Of a stretch of DNA of 64,000 bases, positions 12,801-26,390 are shown one piece after another. The DNA is from Haliotis cracherodii (Eukaryota). Numbering within the stretch: the first letter of the stretch is position 1; every line of letters starts with the position of its first letter. The stretch covers positions 49,352,001-49,416,000 of the forward strand of contig NW_027266264.1 of assembly GCF_022045235.1 (NCBI RefSeq), read 5' to 3'. A model generated the notes under the pieces. That model was not told the DNA's origin, did no database searches, and saw only the letters and a list, made by a program, of their open reading frames with translations. A program made the position numbers and the translations under genes.

Positions 12801-15800
12801 TTGAAATATAAATTGATTTAAAACTTTTGAAAACCTTTAAAAGACAACCCACAACTCAATCAATTTGCTTTTCGGCACATATTTATAACTTTTCGGACAT
12901 CGTATGGTTCATGTGGTTGCAAATTCATTCCTTACGCCAAGACTTCATTGAATCAATTTTTTTTACGCAAAATTACCCAGCCACAAATTACGTTTTCACA
13001 AACTGTTGCAGGAATGGGGGATGGTTAAATAGACATAACCAACATTCGCAGCACTTCAATTTCACTTACATTAAAACAAACTCCTTTTTTTTTCTTTCTT
13101 TTCACTTACAATAAAAACCAACTCTTTTTTATTCTTTCTTTTACCCCTCAGTTTATTTAACGGGTTCGTCATGGGAGTCTTTCTGATTGAATGTAATTGT
13201 CAACACACGTCTTTCTGTATACAATATGCGTTCTGCTTGATGAGTTAAATGCATACAACATACAACATTAGGGGCTGTTCACGGAATACGAACCATTTTC
13301 TAGTATAATTGAAAAGACATGGCTGTCAGGTATAAGTCCTATTTCAATCATTAAAACGCTACATTTTAAAACGCAGAAGGTATTTCGAGCTGATTTGTTG
13401 TTCAGTCAATTCGTGTTCCACGATAAAACGTATACTGTCAGTCTTTCATTGTGTTGTGCATGAAATACGAGGGCTGGTAAAAAAGTGCTAAGCCTAACAA
13501 ACAAAACAAGCATTTTTGAAAGTGTTATTAATTATATTTTTCAACATAATCTCCCTGCTTTTCAACACACTTTTCATATCGCAATGAACTACTCAAACAC
13601 TGTACTACACTGACTAGTTCATTTTGTTATGGCCAGTAGTTGAAAGTAAGTCAGGCTTAGAACTTTATCACCAGACCTCGTATGTACATTAACTGGTGGT
13701 GGTGGTGGTGGTTTTAGAGGTTGTGATGGTAGTGTTGGTGTTGGTAGTAGTAGTGGTGGTGTTGGTAGTGATGATGGTGGTAGTGATGATGGTGGTAGTG
13801 ATGATGGTGGTAGTTGTTGTGGTGGTGGTAGTGATGTTGTTGGTTGTTGTTGTTGTTGTGGTGGTAGTGGTGGTAGTGATGCTGGTGGTTGTTGTTGTGG
13901 TGGTGGTGGTAGTGTTGGTGTTAGTAGTAGTAGTGGTGGTGTTGGTAGTGATGATGGTGGTAATTGTTGTGGTGGTAGTGATGTTGTTGGTGGTTTTTGT
14001 TGTGGTGGTAGTGATGTTGTTGGTGGTTGTTGTTGTGGTGGTAGTGATGTTGTTGGTGGTTGTTGTTGTGGTGGTGGTAGTGGTGGTAGAGATGCTGGTG
14101 GTTGTTGTTGTGGTGGTAGTGATGTTGTTGGTGGTTGTTGTTGTGGTGGTAGTGATGTTGTTGGTGGTTGTTGTTGTGGTGGTAGTGATGTTGTTGGTGG
14201 TTGTTGTTGTGGTGGTAGTGATGTTGTTGGTGGTTGTTGTTGTGGTGGTGGTAGTGGTGGTAGAGATGCTGGTGGTTGTTGTTGTGGTGGTAGTGATGTT
14301 GTTGGTGGTTGTTGTTGGGGTGGTAGTGATGTTGTTGGTGGTTGTTGTTGTGGTGGTGGTAGTGGTAGTAGAGATGCTGGTGGTTGTTGTTGTGGTGGTG
14401 CTAGTGTTGTTGTTGGTGGTTGTTGTTGTGGTGGTAGTGATGTTGTTGGTGGTTGTTGTTGTGGTGGTAGTGATGTTGCTGGTGGTTGTTGTTGTGGTGG
14501 TGGTAGTGGTGGTAGAGATGCTGGTGGTTGTTGTTGTGGTGGTAGTGATGTTGTTGGTGGTTGTTGTTGGGGTGGTAGTGATGTTGTTGGTGGTTGTTGT
14601 TGTGGTGGTGGTAGTGGTGGTAGAGATGCTGGTGGTTGTTGTTGTGGTGGTGCTAGTGTTGTTGTTGGTAGTAGAAGTGGTGGTGGTGGAAGGGATTGTT
14701 GTGGTTGTTGTGGTGGTGGTAGTGATTGTGATTGTGGTGGTGATACTATGAACATTTTATAATGTACATAAAACAGAATACGTAATACATAAACATACAC
14801 TATGTATCCCCGTTATACTGATACTGTTACATCTTTGCGTAAACTGTCATACAACGGCCATTCCAAAAGTACGTGTATTACATCTTCAACGAGAGTGCGT
14901 AAATAAGGTAGCCTCGTGGTTACAATCTTCCCTTGTCACGCCGAAGACACGAATTCGATTCCCCACATGGGTACAATGTGTGAAGCCCATCTCTGGTGTC
15001 CCCCTCGTGATATTCTGGAATATTGCAGAATAATTAACAATAATCACACATCTCCATCGTGATCTTACCACTGAATACAAATTCTGATACTCAGGAGCGT
15101 ATTATTGTACGTTAATGGACCAACACTGAAACATGTTTGAGGCAGTGTATGTTTACAGTGTCTCCCACATAATTATAAGCCCATCTCATTCACAAGGGTC
15201 AATGCGAAACGGACACAGAGTCCATCAATCAGAGTCAATCAAGTTTGTGGAAGTCCAAAATGATGACCACTAATGGTATTTACCTTTCCATAATAAAATC
15301 TTAAATCAACATGTTCACGAAAGGTTCTTGTTTCTCACAATAAGCCCCTTCATTCATTCCAGCCATACCATCTATCAGCTTAATTCATATTGTTCAGTAA
15401 GTCCACCACACACCAATGGATGTAAATCACTCTCTGTTTAGTCACCCGAAACCCAAGTCAAACCAACAGACTGACTGTATTAAACGGTGTCGATCGGTTT
15501 TGTTGGCGCGAGAGACGGGCTTACTGAGTAATGAAACGTGAGAGTAATGCAAGTCATGCGCATCAGTATGCACAAATACTTTTGACCAGATACAATCGTA
15601 GTAATTGAACACACGGCGTTAACTGATTCACACGGCTATTGATGTGTGCGTGTGTTACTCTGCTACTATGGTTACGATACATCTGGACAGTGTAAGTTCA
15701 TTGAAATGAAGGGTATTTAGTGTCTGTGGTGGATGTATCACGATCATAAACATCACATGAATGTCCCGAATGATAATTGCTTTCACTTAATCCACCTATA

Positions 15801-15984
15801 CAATTAATACAAACGATTAACGCTGCTTGCAATGATTTCAGGATACACGTATCCCATTGTTATTTGTTTATATATCAAATAAACCAAGCAGAACTTGTGC
15901 GTCATATAGACGTCAACAGATTCCAGTGTGCTATGTTAGATGAAAGTATACAAACTACACGTACGCATCCACATACACCTGCGC

Positions 15985-16053
<69 letters not shown>

Positions 16054-19000
16054 TGTCACTCACTCAATGTGATAGACTTATAAGATTTAAATTTCGTTAA
16101 ATGTGTCACTTCATCTTGAGGACAGTGGTGGCGATCACCCTTCTCCTTTGAAGCATACTTCAAAGTAAACATACAAACAATCAAGATAACTAAATCACTC
16201 TAATATGTTTTAAAAGTCACAACCAACCCCTTCACCCCCTAATCACCACACCCCCTGACCCAAATAGGTGTGTCCGCGCGTGCCTGTACTGTCCTTTACA
16301 TCCAGGTCTGTCCCTGGAGCTGTACCTGGACCAGGAAGAGTACATCCCCGCCCTGTCCCCATCAGCTGGAGCCAGGGTGCTCATCCACCCCCGCAACTCG
16401 ATGCCGTTCCCTGAGGACGAGGGGATCTCTATAGCTCCGGGCGTATCTACCTCTGTCGGGTTGCGCAAGGTAAGAATGGTGTTTCATACAAATTTCTTGT
16501 GTATTTATTTTGTCCTGAAGGCTGAATGCGTATTTGCACTACAAACCTGTATTTTGTCGCCCAGGGTGTCGCTGTCGCCCAGTTGTGTCCTATAGCCGCA
16601 CCAGGAACTGCTGATCATTGATTCGAATCCTAGATTCTCCCTGATAATGTTTCGAATATGGAAATTCCAAAGTGACTATAAAACGCTGTGCACTTTGGTT
16701 AAATTAAGAAGCATCTGTGCTTAAAAATATCATATTCGGCGCGAATGGACGATCAGTGGATCTTGGCGCGTTTACGGAGTATAACTTGTCCACTTGACTG
16801 TACATGGCCCCGCTTCCGTTCTCGCCAACTCCTCGTCGGTATTCTGCAATGCTAACCTATTATCAACAGTGTCACAAACAATATTTGTGAAAGCTGTTAT
16901 GACGTGTGCTGAAGTTTCAAACTTGACATAAATTAAAATAGCCCCATTTTCAATCTCAGAATCTGTCGATATAAAGTATACTCTGAATATAACGCATTCA
17001 AACAAATTGTCAAATCGACAGATGCGAAGACAACCCAAAAACTGTTAATCAGTGGTATTGCCCATTTACATAACTAACTAGGGCTATCCGTAGAAGATCC
17101 GTTTGGTTCCGATCACTTCGACATTACCCGAGTTGCTGGTACAAATCTCCATACCTCCTCCAGGTTGACATCACCCGCCTGCCACCCCCGCATGGAGTTT
17201 GTGCTGAGGAAGGCCTGATTGAGGATATCTACAACACGAACCTGCACACGAACTACTCCAAGTTATCCTGTCTGAAGTCCTGCTTCCAAAACCTTGTCAT
17301 CAAGTACTGTCACTGTGCCATGCCCCATTTGTTCGTCCCAGCCAACGCCACTGTCTGTGACATGACAAATACCACTGTAGGTATGTAACACGATGTTTCC
17401 AATCTCCTTACCCGCCAACACCACTGTCTGTGACATGACAAATACCACTGTAGGTATGTAACACGATGTTTCCAATCTCCTTACCCGCCAACACCACTGT
17501 CTGTGACATGACAAGTACCACTGTAGATATGTAACACGATGTTTCCAATCTCCTTACCCGCCAACGCCACTCTCTGTGACATGACAAATACCACTGTAGA
17601 TATGTAACACGATTTTTTTTAATCTCCTTACCCGCCAACGTCACTCTCTGTGACATGACAACTGCTGCAGGTATGGAGCAGTCATCAGAAGATGACTCTA
17701 GAGGGTCAATGTCGAAAGCATATTGAGGAATGGTCGCTAGCTGTTTATGGGAGGGTGCCCTATCAAATGCCACAATTGAACATGGAGTTCTCCATCAGGC
17801 CAGTGCTCCAGTTCATACCAGTCATGTTACAATAGCTGTACAGGGATATGGGTACCAGCTTTCCCTTTCACGTTAGTCACCATATCTATCTCCTAGTGGC
17901 TACCACCTGTTTTCAAATGGTGAAAGATTTAACGAAGATCAAGAATTGGTTGCTGCTGTAGAGTGCTGGTTGACAGGCCAGGATTTGACCTTCTATAAAA
18001 CAGGGGGAGCTAAAGTGGAGAAGATATGGGACAAGCGGTATTTAATAGCAAAAGGAGGATGTTCAAGAATAAATAAGATCCCGACAATATTTCAGTTCTA
18101 TGTTTCTTAGGCTCAAAACCTATTGCTACCCCTCGTAGTTATTAAGGTGTTTAACACAATCACCTTTAAATGGCATATGCATACTAAGGTGCTGGAAAAC
18201 AATCGCATGAGAACCGCTGAAAAAGTATGTGACACAATTTGTTTCTAATCACTCCCTGGCAAGTGACAGACACAATTGGAGGTTTGTGATAATACATGTA
18301 TTGAGACCTCTTTCCTCAGAAGCTTCGCTTCTATGACCTCCTTTGTGGTATTCTCTAGAAACCTGCAGCAAGGGCCTACCGGACAATCAGCCAACAGAGT
18401 TCAAGCAGTGTGACACGAGCTGCCCTCAACCATGCAGGTACGCGTTAGGATGGGACGGTTTACTTTGTTTCAATATGTGCTTGAATACTTCAAATGATAT
18501 CGCTTGCGGGGGAACATGCATGTGTACTTTTCAAGCATGTTTCATTGATATTTCCTGTCATGCTTGCATCGGTGGATGGGTACGTTTTTTTAATGAGCTT
18601 ATGCTTGCACAAAAATACGTATTGTGTTATTTTTGAAAACAGGACCCAAATATGGTTAAGTATTTCTATGATGCTTGATATGAAAAACAAAAGGAGCAAA
18701 AAAAAGAAAATGATAATTTCCAGACGCCCATTATTATTTCATAAATCACTTTGTAAATTATATATATCAACCACAAAATATACAAATAATAGCAAAAAGA
18801 AAGAATGTATCTTAGAATTTGATTTTGTTACTCTATACTATTGAGTGGACATTCAGAACACGAAAGTGTTTTGTCAGCACATGCGTAAATGAAATGACAG
18901 GGAATCATTTCTTAGATCATTTTATTTTTACGAAACTAAATTTAGCCCTAAAGAAACAGCTCAAGACAACTTTTGTTGAATGTTTCGTTCGGTCATCATT

Positions 19001-20696
19001 CCGTATCACGTGGTCTTGTGGTAAAGTAGCACGGCATGACAAGCTTGAAGTATTTAGAACTCTCAGACTATGCCCTGTATCTTCTATACCTGCAGGGAGA
19101 TTCGTTTTGAGAAGACGCTGTCTGTTGCTCAATGGCCTTCAAAGCGATATGCGGTGAGTAGGTTTCACATTTAACGTTACAATTCAACAGAATACCTTCA
19201 CTGAACAAAAGTAATCCTCTTTTGATGAATTAGGAGTGAACGTGGGACGATCATGTGGCCAAGAGAGAGCCACTGGCAATCATTACGACTTTGAGCGAGT
19301 CATGAAACTCCATAGCAACTGGGAACGATTTTACGGCTGTGAGTGGATCCACTCGAGGGGGGAATATAGTCATCATATGGTTTGTCTGTCTATCCGACCG
19401 TCCGTCCGTATTTAGTTTTCAGAGCAGGGGTCGTTTTGTGGGGGTCGGGGACATTTGTCATCTTCTGATGAATCTTGTTTTAATTACGCCAGGATTTGAC
19501 CTTCTATAAAACAGGGGGAGCTAAAGTGGAGAAGATATGGGACAAGCGGTATTTAATAGCAAAAGGAGGATGTTCAAGAATAGATAAGATCCCGACAATA
19601 TTTCAGTTCTATGTTTCTTAGGCTCAAAACCTGTTGCTACCCCTCGTAGTTTCTGATGAATCTTGTTTTAATTACGTATGTTGTAGGATCATCTTCAGAG
19701 TAAGGTCCAGCAGAGTAACTACAGATTCTACGGATCGAAAGTCGAGTAAGTCAACCTTTATGTTATCAAGTTACAGCATAGGTGCGTTACAATTAAGATA
19801 CCTACCATGTCATACACCGAGGAACTGGGCCTGTTTGATACAGAATTGATCTTGCACCCAACAATTTTATGGGCACCCACAACTCATTTTGTGAACGTTT
19901 AACAAGTCCCGCGAACATATTTGGAGGTAAGACCTGAGGACAAATTAACAAGGAAATTCGGAACATTTCTCTTTTTAAAATTTTCTTTTAGCGATAATGC
20001 TTGTAACATGTAACGCCAATACGGATGTGGTTTGCAATATATAACGAGCTGGTCATAAATAGTAATAAACAATTAGTCTACATGTTGTTGTTTTCAGGGA
20101 GGAGGACTTCGCAAGGGTAGAAGTCTATTTTGAGGACCTTTTGTTTAAAGAAATTGAGCAACAGAAAGCATACGAGGTTAGATGTATTATTATGTATATC
20201 AATTTCAAATTTTAAATAGCGAGGAGCTTTTCTTTGCTTATATTTTGTTTGTTGTCTCCAGTTCGAGAACTGTCCCAAAACAATATCAATAAAATACGGA
20301 ACAGAATTAAATTGTGGCCTATTATGACGTGAAATGGGTAAAATATTTTGTTTCCCTTTCAGGCCCATTTGGAAATATCGGTTAATGCCCCCGAAAACTA
20401 ACATGTGATTTATGATGGTGTAAAATATGTCTTGATTCAATCCCAGAGCTTATCAATGTCTGTTTGAAAATAAAGAAACATTTTTTTAACGTGTGATATA
20501 CTTCTCTTGTCTTCAGTCCCAGAACTTGATCAGTGATATCGGCGGCCAATTGGGCCTTTGGCTTGGCCTCTCCGCCATCACCCTGGGAGAGTTGTGCAGT
20601 TTCCTCTTTTCCATCGGCCAGGCCATGACCCGAAGGGTCGTCAAAAACAACAAGAAGGGCTACCAAACCCCCATTGAACCGGTCAGCTACATGTAG
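6833..20696 (+). CDS. DEG/ENaC (amiloride-sensitive sodium channel / FaNaC-ASIC superfamily) subunit, 10 exons, 694 aa
   Basis: Exons 6833-7310, 8779-9445, 9833-9936, 16306-16469, 17164-17380, 18359-18437, 19096-19153, 19687-19745, 20098-20176, 20517-20696. All introns are GT-AG with matching phases, total 2085 nt. Motifs: TM1, FPSVTVCNLNP, YGNCYTFN, GPSYGLSLEL, GARVLIH..MPFPEDEG, Cys-rich thumb, CPQPC, WPS, SDIGGQLGLWLGLS (TM2, GxS filter). Confidence 0.95.
8032..8502. mobile_element. Mutator-like MITE (long TIR, 9-bp TSD), copy 1
   Basis: ~75-bp TIRs starting caatctcattaaaatcaga; TSD gtttggttt on both sides. Confidence 0.9.
10620..12150 (+). mobile_element. Degenerate Penelope-like retroelement RT fragment in ENaC intron 3
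   Basis: Remnants RYITGCSKCTTKPL, DFSTLYTTFPHEKL and GILMGTYSTLLLADLF*..ESEFL (PLE consensus GIPMGTNCAPLLADLFLY.YE), with stops and frameshifts. Confidence 0.75.
13466..13682. mobile_element. Mariner-derived MITE
   Basis: TAcgagggctggtaaaaaagtgctaagcct ... aggcttagaactttatcaccagacctcgTA imperfect TIRs with TA flanks. Confidence 0.7.
13695..14745. repeat. Intronic (GTN)n compound microsatellite with ~33-bp and longer higher-order units
   Basis: Composed almost entirely of gtg/gtt/gta/gat triplets; lies inside ENaC intron 3, next to a mariner MITE. Confidence 0.95.
15985..16049. repeat. (CA)n microsatellite
   Basis: Direct reading. Confidence 0.98.
17341..17676 (+). repeat. 73-bp tandem repeat (~4.6 units) spanning the ENaC exon 5 donor site
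   Basis: Units start at 17341, 17414, 17487, 17560 and 17634. Confidence 0.95.
17690..18138 (+). mobile_element. Mariner transposon 3' remnant in ENaC intron 5
   Basis: SPYLSPSGYHLF..GERFNEDQELVAAVECWLTGQDLTFYKTG..K..KIWDK is the mariner transposase C-terminus; ends in TIR ...cccctcgTA. Confidence 0.8.
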
Positions 20697-21391
20697 CGAC
20701 GGTAAACACCGGAACAGACCGACCAGTTCCGATGTAGAACGAAAGCAACCGAAGTCATCTCCAAAAGCCTTTGAACATTTATTTGAACTTACTCATTTAG
20801 TACCCTTTGTAAATCATTTCATTGGTGAACGTTGTTGTATGAAAAAAGGTCATAAGTACTGATGTACGTAAAGATACGAGCCGTATGTGGGTAGTTATGA
20901 AGGCGTGTGTTTTAATCTCTAGCTGTTACCTACCAAGGAACAGATTGATTGTGAGATAAAAGCTCTCACTCGTCACCGCGAAAACCGGCAGTAATGATGT
21001 ATCCATTCTTTAGTGTTCTTGATGAGTGATCAATCATACAGAATTTTTTAATTTTAATTAGAAGATTTAGATCAGGTGTTTTCAGATTTGAGGGTGTTAA
21101 GGAGTATTTGAAACGCACTTAAACTGCTGACAAAGATGACGCCATGATGAATGGATGACGGCATAAGATTCCTGACAATTGAACCGTCAAGGTTAGAAGT
21201 ATGCAACGAAAAAAAACCTAAATCGAAGTTTATTTGGGAGAATTGGATCAAGTGCAATATATAATGGATCCGATATTCATGTCGACAAAGCTGAACACCA
21301 TGTTAAAACAATTGGGACATTAAACTTCTGAAGGACAGTATTCCTACCTTTTGATATATTCAGGATTTGCGTCCCATTTAACAAGTTATAG

Positions 21392-21720
21392 GGCGATGGG
21401 GTAGCCTAGTGATCAAATCGTTTGCGAAGACCCGGATTCGATTCCCCACATGTGTATGTATGAAGCCCATTGCTGGAGCCCCCCGCCATGATGTTGCTGA
21501 AGCGGCTTAAAGGGTACAATGTGTGAAGCCCATTGCTGGTGTCCCCCGCCATGATGTTGCTGAAGCGGCCTAATGGGTACAATGTGTGAAGCCCATTGCT
21601 GGTGTCCCCCGCCATGATGTTGCTGAAGCGGCCTAATGGGTACAATGTGTGAAGCCCATTGCTGGTGTCCCCTTCCATGATGTTGCTGAAGCGGCCTAAA
21701 GCCATATTTACTTACTTAAC
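21392..21720 (+). mobile_element. SINE family C copy with ~60-bp internal segment tandemly amplified 4x
   Basis: Repeated (gggtacaatgtg)tgaagcccattgctggtgtcccccgccatgatgttgctgaagcggcctaa. Confidence 0.85.
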
Positions 21721-24193
21721 ATGTTGAACGTTTTTTCACCAATCAAATTGCAACACACATTTCTTTTCGCAGTCTAGTATGTTATGCCGTTTTCATTATG
21801 TATACATATATACAGTGTACAAAAGAAACATTCCACTTTGATATAACTGTGTATTTAAAGGAGCTTAACCTGTGATACTACTGTAGATATATTGGGTTCC
21901 AGATAAGCCTTTGAGCAAAGGTTATTTACGAAGATATTTTACGAAAAGATAAATTCTTGTTTTACCATATCCCAACCTATAAGAATGCATATTTCTAAAA
22001 GTGTCAATAGAATATTTCAAATGAGAAACAAGATTTGGACTTGTAATGAGTAATTTTATTGCAATAAAAATGACGATGACCATCAAATATTTTCGATATT
22101 TGAATGCACATTTAGCTCTTGGTTTATCTGGAGTTCAGAAAACCTGTTTTTCTATTTTTACCTGTTGTGGAGTATATTTTATCACAGTGTTCGTCCTTTT
22201 TGTTACAAGAGGCATCTGATCTCACGTATGTTCACAGAGTATAGGTGTTAAAGCCCTGTTGTCATTTTCTGATCCGAATGCCTCACATCGGCGGTCTGTC
22301 TTGTTTTAAAACAAAATCACAGCTAACGAAAGAAAACAGAGATTGTCTCTTATGTAATTGAAAGAGCTGTTGATTATGTCTATTGTACCATCAGTCATTC
22401 CTGCAACAGTTTGTCAAAACGTCACTTAGCTGGTTAATTTTGTGTAAAAGAAAACTGGTTCATTGAAGACTTGGGTAAGAAATGAATTTACAACCACATG
22501 ACCCCTACCATGTTTGAAATATTGTAAATGTGTGCCGAAAAAAACAAATTTGTTGATTTTAAAGATACAATATATGAGATACCCATCAGCAATTGAATAT
22601 CACTCGATTTTTATTTTTTTTATTTTTTAAAAGTATTTAATCAAATTATATTTTAAGAAATAAAATCATGTAGAAGTATTCTTTGAATGCTGACTAAGTG
22701 CCATTACAGTACAATTTCGGATATGCTATCGCTAATTTGAGATATGCTAAATTGAAAATCAAACCTTTGTTAAAATCAGCTGAGAGATTTAGTTTCTTTT
22801 TCTCCTTAGTTAATGATTTATAATGTTTCTTTATAAGTTATTCCTTGAAACAACTCCATGGGGTAGCCTCGTGGTTTAAAGCATTCGTTCACACGCTGAA
22901 GACCAAGCCTCAGTTCCTAACATGAACAATATGAGTGAACGTATTTTCGGTATCCCCCGACGTGATATGGCTAGAATGGCGGAATAGTGCTGGAAGCGGC
23001 GTAAAAATAGAAACTCACTCACTCAAGCAGTTTGTTCATGAAGATCGTCGTTAATACCAGAGACCATATTCCTTATATGGTCTCTGTTAATACATAACGC
23101 CTTAGGTTTAACTTCACGAGGTCAGTTAAATCCGTTCTTATATCCGTCAATTACCTTAACGGAGAAATCGACACTTGGTTCTTTATTGTGAGTGAGTAAA
23201 TGTGTGATAATTACTTAACGCCACGTCACCATTCTTGCAGCTGGTCGTGATGAGGTTCTTGCATTAGCTGTCTGCTTTCTATATTCTGAGATCATTGGAT
23301 GTCCATAGTGTTTCGTTGTGTAGCTTAATTTAGTGTTTTAAATCTGTACATGTTAACCATTGTTGTGTACATATATTCTACGATAACCTCAATATTTATT
23401 ATTTATTGACATACTGATATATGGAGTGTAGAATCGTCATTAATCAATTATGTATTTTCTATAAAATGAGTTTGGAATCCAATTTGAAGAATTAACAGTC
23501 CGTTGCGGACCCGGGATTTTAAAAATGGCTTAACACAATTTTACTGTATTCACAGTATGCGGTTGTCAAGCGGTCCACGGCACCGCAAAACAAGGTGGGC
23601 AGTATTCGCTCAGATTTTAAACCTTGGCCTGTCACCATACCGTGATAATCACCGGACCTCTCCCACATAAATATGACACGCCACGACATAACAGAAGTAT
23701 ACGCCAAGATCACTGTTCAAACCTTTTGGGGATTTCTCTTTAGAAGCGCCTTTATAGTTACAGTGTTACAACATGAACTGTGTGAATAAACTAATTGTCT
23801 AAAACCTAGATATGCATTTCGTTTTCTTGAAATACCAAATGAAATAAAAGTTTTCTTCTGTTTGAAAGCGTTCGCTTTGTCAAACGAATTCGTATCAATG
23901 CGTCCTTGGCAGAGGAAGGGGCTAGAATTGGCAAATTGTTACGTTAAGGAAACGTTTTTAAATGTATTATGAAGTCAGTGTTCTTGTTACTTACAACTGG
24001 CCTTTCTACCATCCATCACTTGCAAGCAGTGGACTTCTAACATGAACAAATACAGAAGTATGGTTAAGACCGGTGCAAACCCTGATTTGGGAGATTGTTC
24101 ACGATATGTAAACTACACCCAGAAACATCATCTTGGCTAACGATTTGTTCTCATGACCTATTGTGCTAATGGTATTAAAGAACACTACAGAAA

Positions 24194-24479
24194 GAGTGAG
24201 TGATATAGTGAGTTGGTTTTAACGCCGCTTTTAACAGTATTCCAGTTATATCACGGCGTGTCAGCTTAATGTGGGAGGAAAGCTCGAAGTGATGCAGGTC
24301 TCAGACGTTTACCACTTCGGTGAAACCCACGAGCACGGTTATGGTGTTGACAAACCTAGAAACATAATCGGGGCGAACCGAGATTCGAACCCACAATCAT
24401 AGGTTTCTGGCGTGTCCAAGGGACGCAACTCTGCACAGCGAATCGCGGCGCCTTAGACGACTGGGCCACCCGTGCCCCC
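24194..24479 (-). mobile_element. SINE family B copy
   Basis: Reverse complement of 39427-39706. Confidence 0.88.
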
Positions 24480-24527
24480 TCTACACGAAGATATAAATCC
24501 ATTTCAGCTTAACGTCTGTATCCGCTG

Positions 24528-26390
24528 TTGTTCAATGTTCATGTTCATCATCAATGTGTATGTTCAATGTTCATGTTCAATGTTCATGTTCAATGTTCGT
24601 GATCAACGTTCATGATCAATGTGCATAGTTAATGTTCATATTCAATGTTCATGTTCAAAGATCATGTTCAAAGTTCATGTTCAATGTTCGCGATCGAGTG
24701 TTCATGTTCAGTGTTCATGTTCAATGTTCATGATCACTGTGCAATGTTCATGATCAATGTGCATATTCAATGTTCATGCTCAATGTTCGTGATCGATGTG
24801 CAATGTTCATGATCAATGTGCATGTTCAATGTTCATGTTCACAATCATTTCAATATAATTTCATACTTTAAAGTTTACACTGTTTCTTTCATGCTGATTG
24901 CCTGAAAGGATTGTCACGTGATGTTATATTTGGAGTTCACACACATGTGAACGGACTGAAAAGTTCACACGACGTGAACAATTGTTTGTGAAATTGATCG
25001 TGTGAACTTTTGCTGGAAATACTTCCCCGGGGTTCCCCGAATTCTCGATCGGTGTCATTCGGCACCGCTCGCCCCTTTCCGTAAACTGCAAGAAGACTCG
25101 CCCCCCTATCGATGAGTGTTAATGTGCGAAAATACGACAAACCAATCAGAATGTGCGTATGATTTCAAGTTCTTCGTCAAAGAATCCCTCAGAAATAATT
25201 TTTGATTTTACATATGTCTTACATCTAAAAATATACCAAAGACACAGTTAAATGTGTTCAATCATACTGTATAATTACGCACGCCCCGATGTGCTTTAAA
25301 TTGCATCTGAAATATATATAAGATATGTGGAAAAAAAGGGGTTAAACCATTGCGCAACGAGTTGACAATTGTTTTAGGTATGCCCGTTTGCGCTAACCCG
25401 GTCGCAAAATGCGCAAACTCGGAGGTTCACACAGATGAACCAGCGCTTTTAAATCGTTCACACTTCAATGAACCCATCCAAACTGACGTTCAATGTGCAT
25501 GTTCAATGTTCATGTTCAATATGCATGTTCAATGTTCATGTTCAATGTACATGATTAATGTTCATGTTCAGTTCAATGTTCATGTTCAATGTACACGATT
25601 AATGTTCACGTTCAAGATCAGTGTTCAATTCAATGTTCGTTCATGTTCAATGTAAAGGATCAATTTTCATTTCAATGTTCATGTTCAATGTTCATGTTCA
25701 AAGTTCGCGTTCAAAGTTCATGTTCAATATGAATGTTCAATGTTCATGATCAATGTGCATGTTCAATGTTCATGTTCAATGTTTAATATTCAATGTTCAT
25801 GTTCATTCTTCATATTCAAGATTCATGTTCAATCATCATGATCAATGTGCATGATCAATGTTCATGATCAATGTTCATGTTCAAAGTTCGTGTTCAAAGT
25901 TCATGTTCAATATACATGTTCAATGTTCATGATCAATGTTCATGTCCTAAGTTCGTGTTCAAAGTTCATGTTCAAGATTCATGTTCAATGTGCATGATCA
26001 ATGTTCATGATCAATGTTAATGTTCAATGTTAATGCTCAATGCCTATGTTCATTGTTCATATTCAAGATTCATGTTCAATCATCATGATCAATGTGCATG
26101 ATCAATGTTCATGATCAATGTTAATGTTCAATGTTAATGCTCAATGTCTATGTTCATGGTTCATAATCAATGTGCATGTTCAAAGTTCATGTCCAATGTT
26201 CATGATCGATGTTCATGTTCAATATTCATGTTCCATGTTCAATGCTCATCATCAGTGTGCCTGTTCAATGTTCATATTCAATGTTCAGGTTCAATGTTCA
26301 ATTTTCTGTGTTCATGATCAATGCTCATGATGCATGTTCATGTTCAATGTTCTGTGTTCATGTTCAATGTTCATATTCATGTTCGTGTTT
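24528..26390. repeat. Degenerate 13-bp (TGTTCAATGTTCA) satellite in two blocks (24528-24842, 25488-26390) split by a ~600-bp unique insert
   Basis: Direct reading. Confidence 0.9.

Noticed and set aside
13619-14800. 393-aa Pro/Gln-rich (-) and 351-aa poly-Val (+) ORFs
   Set aside because: By-products of a stop-free (GTN)n microsatellite inside ENaC intron 3; no unique coding flanks or credible splice context.
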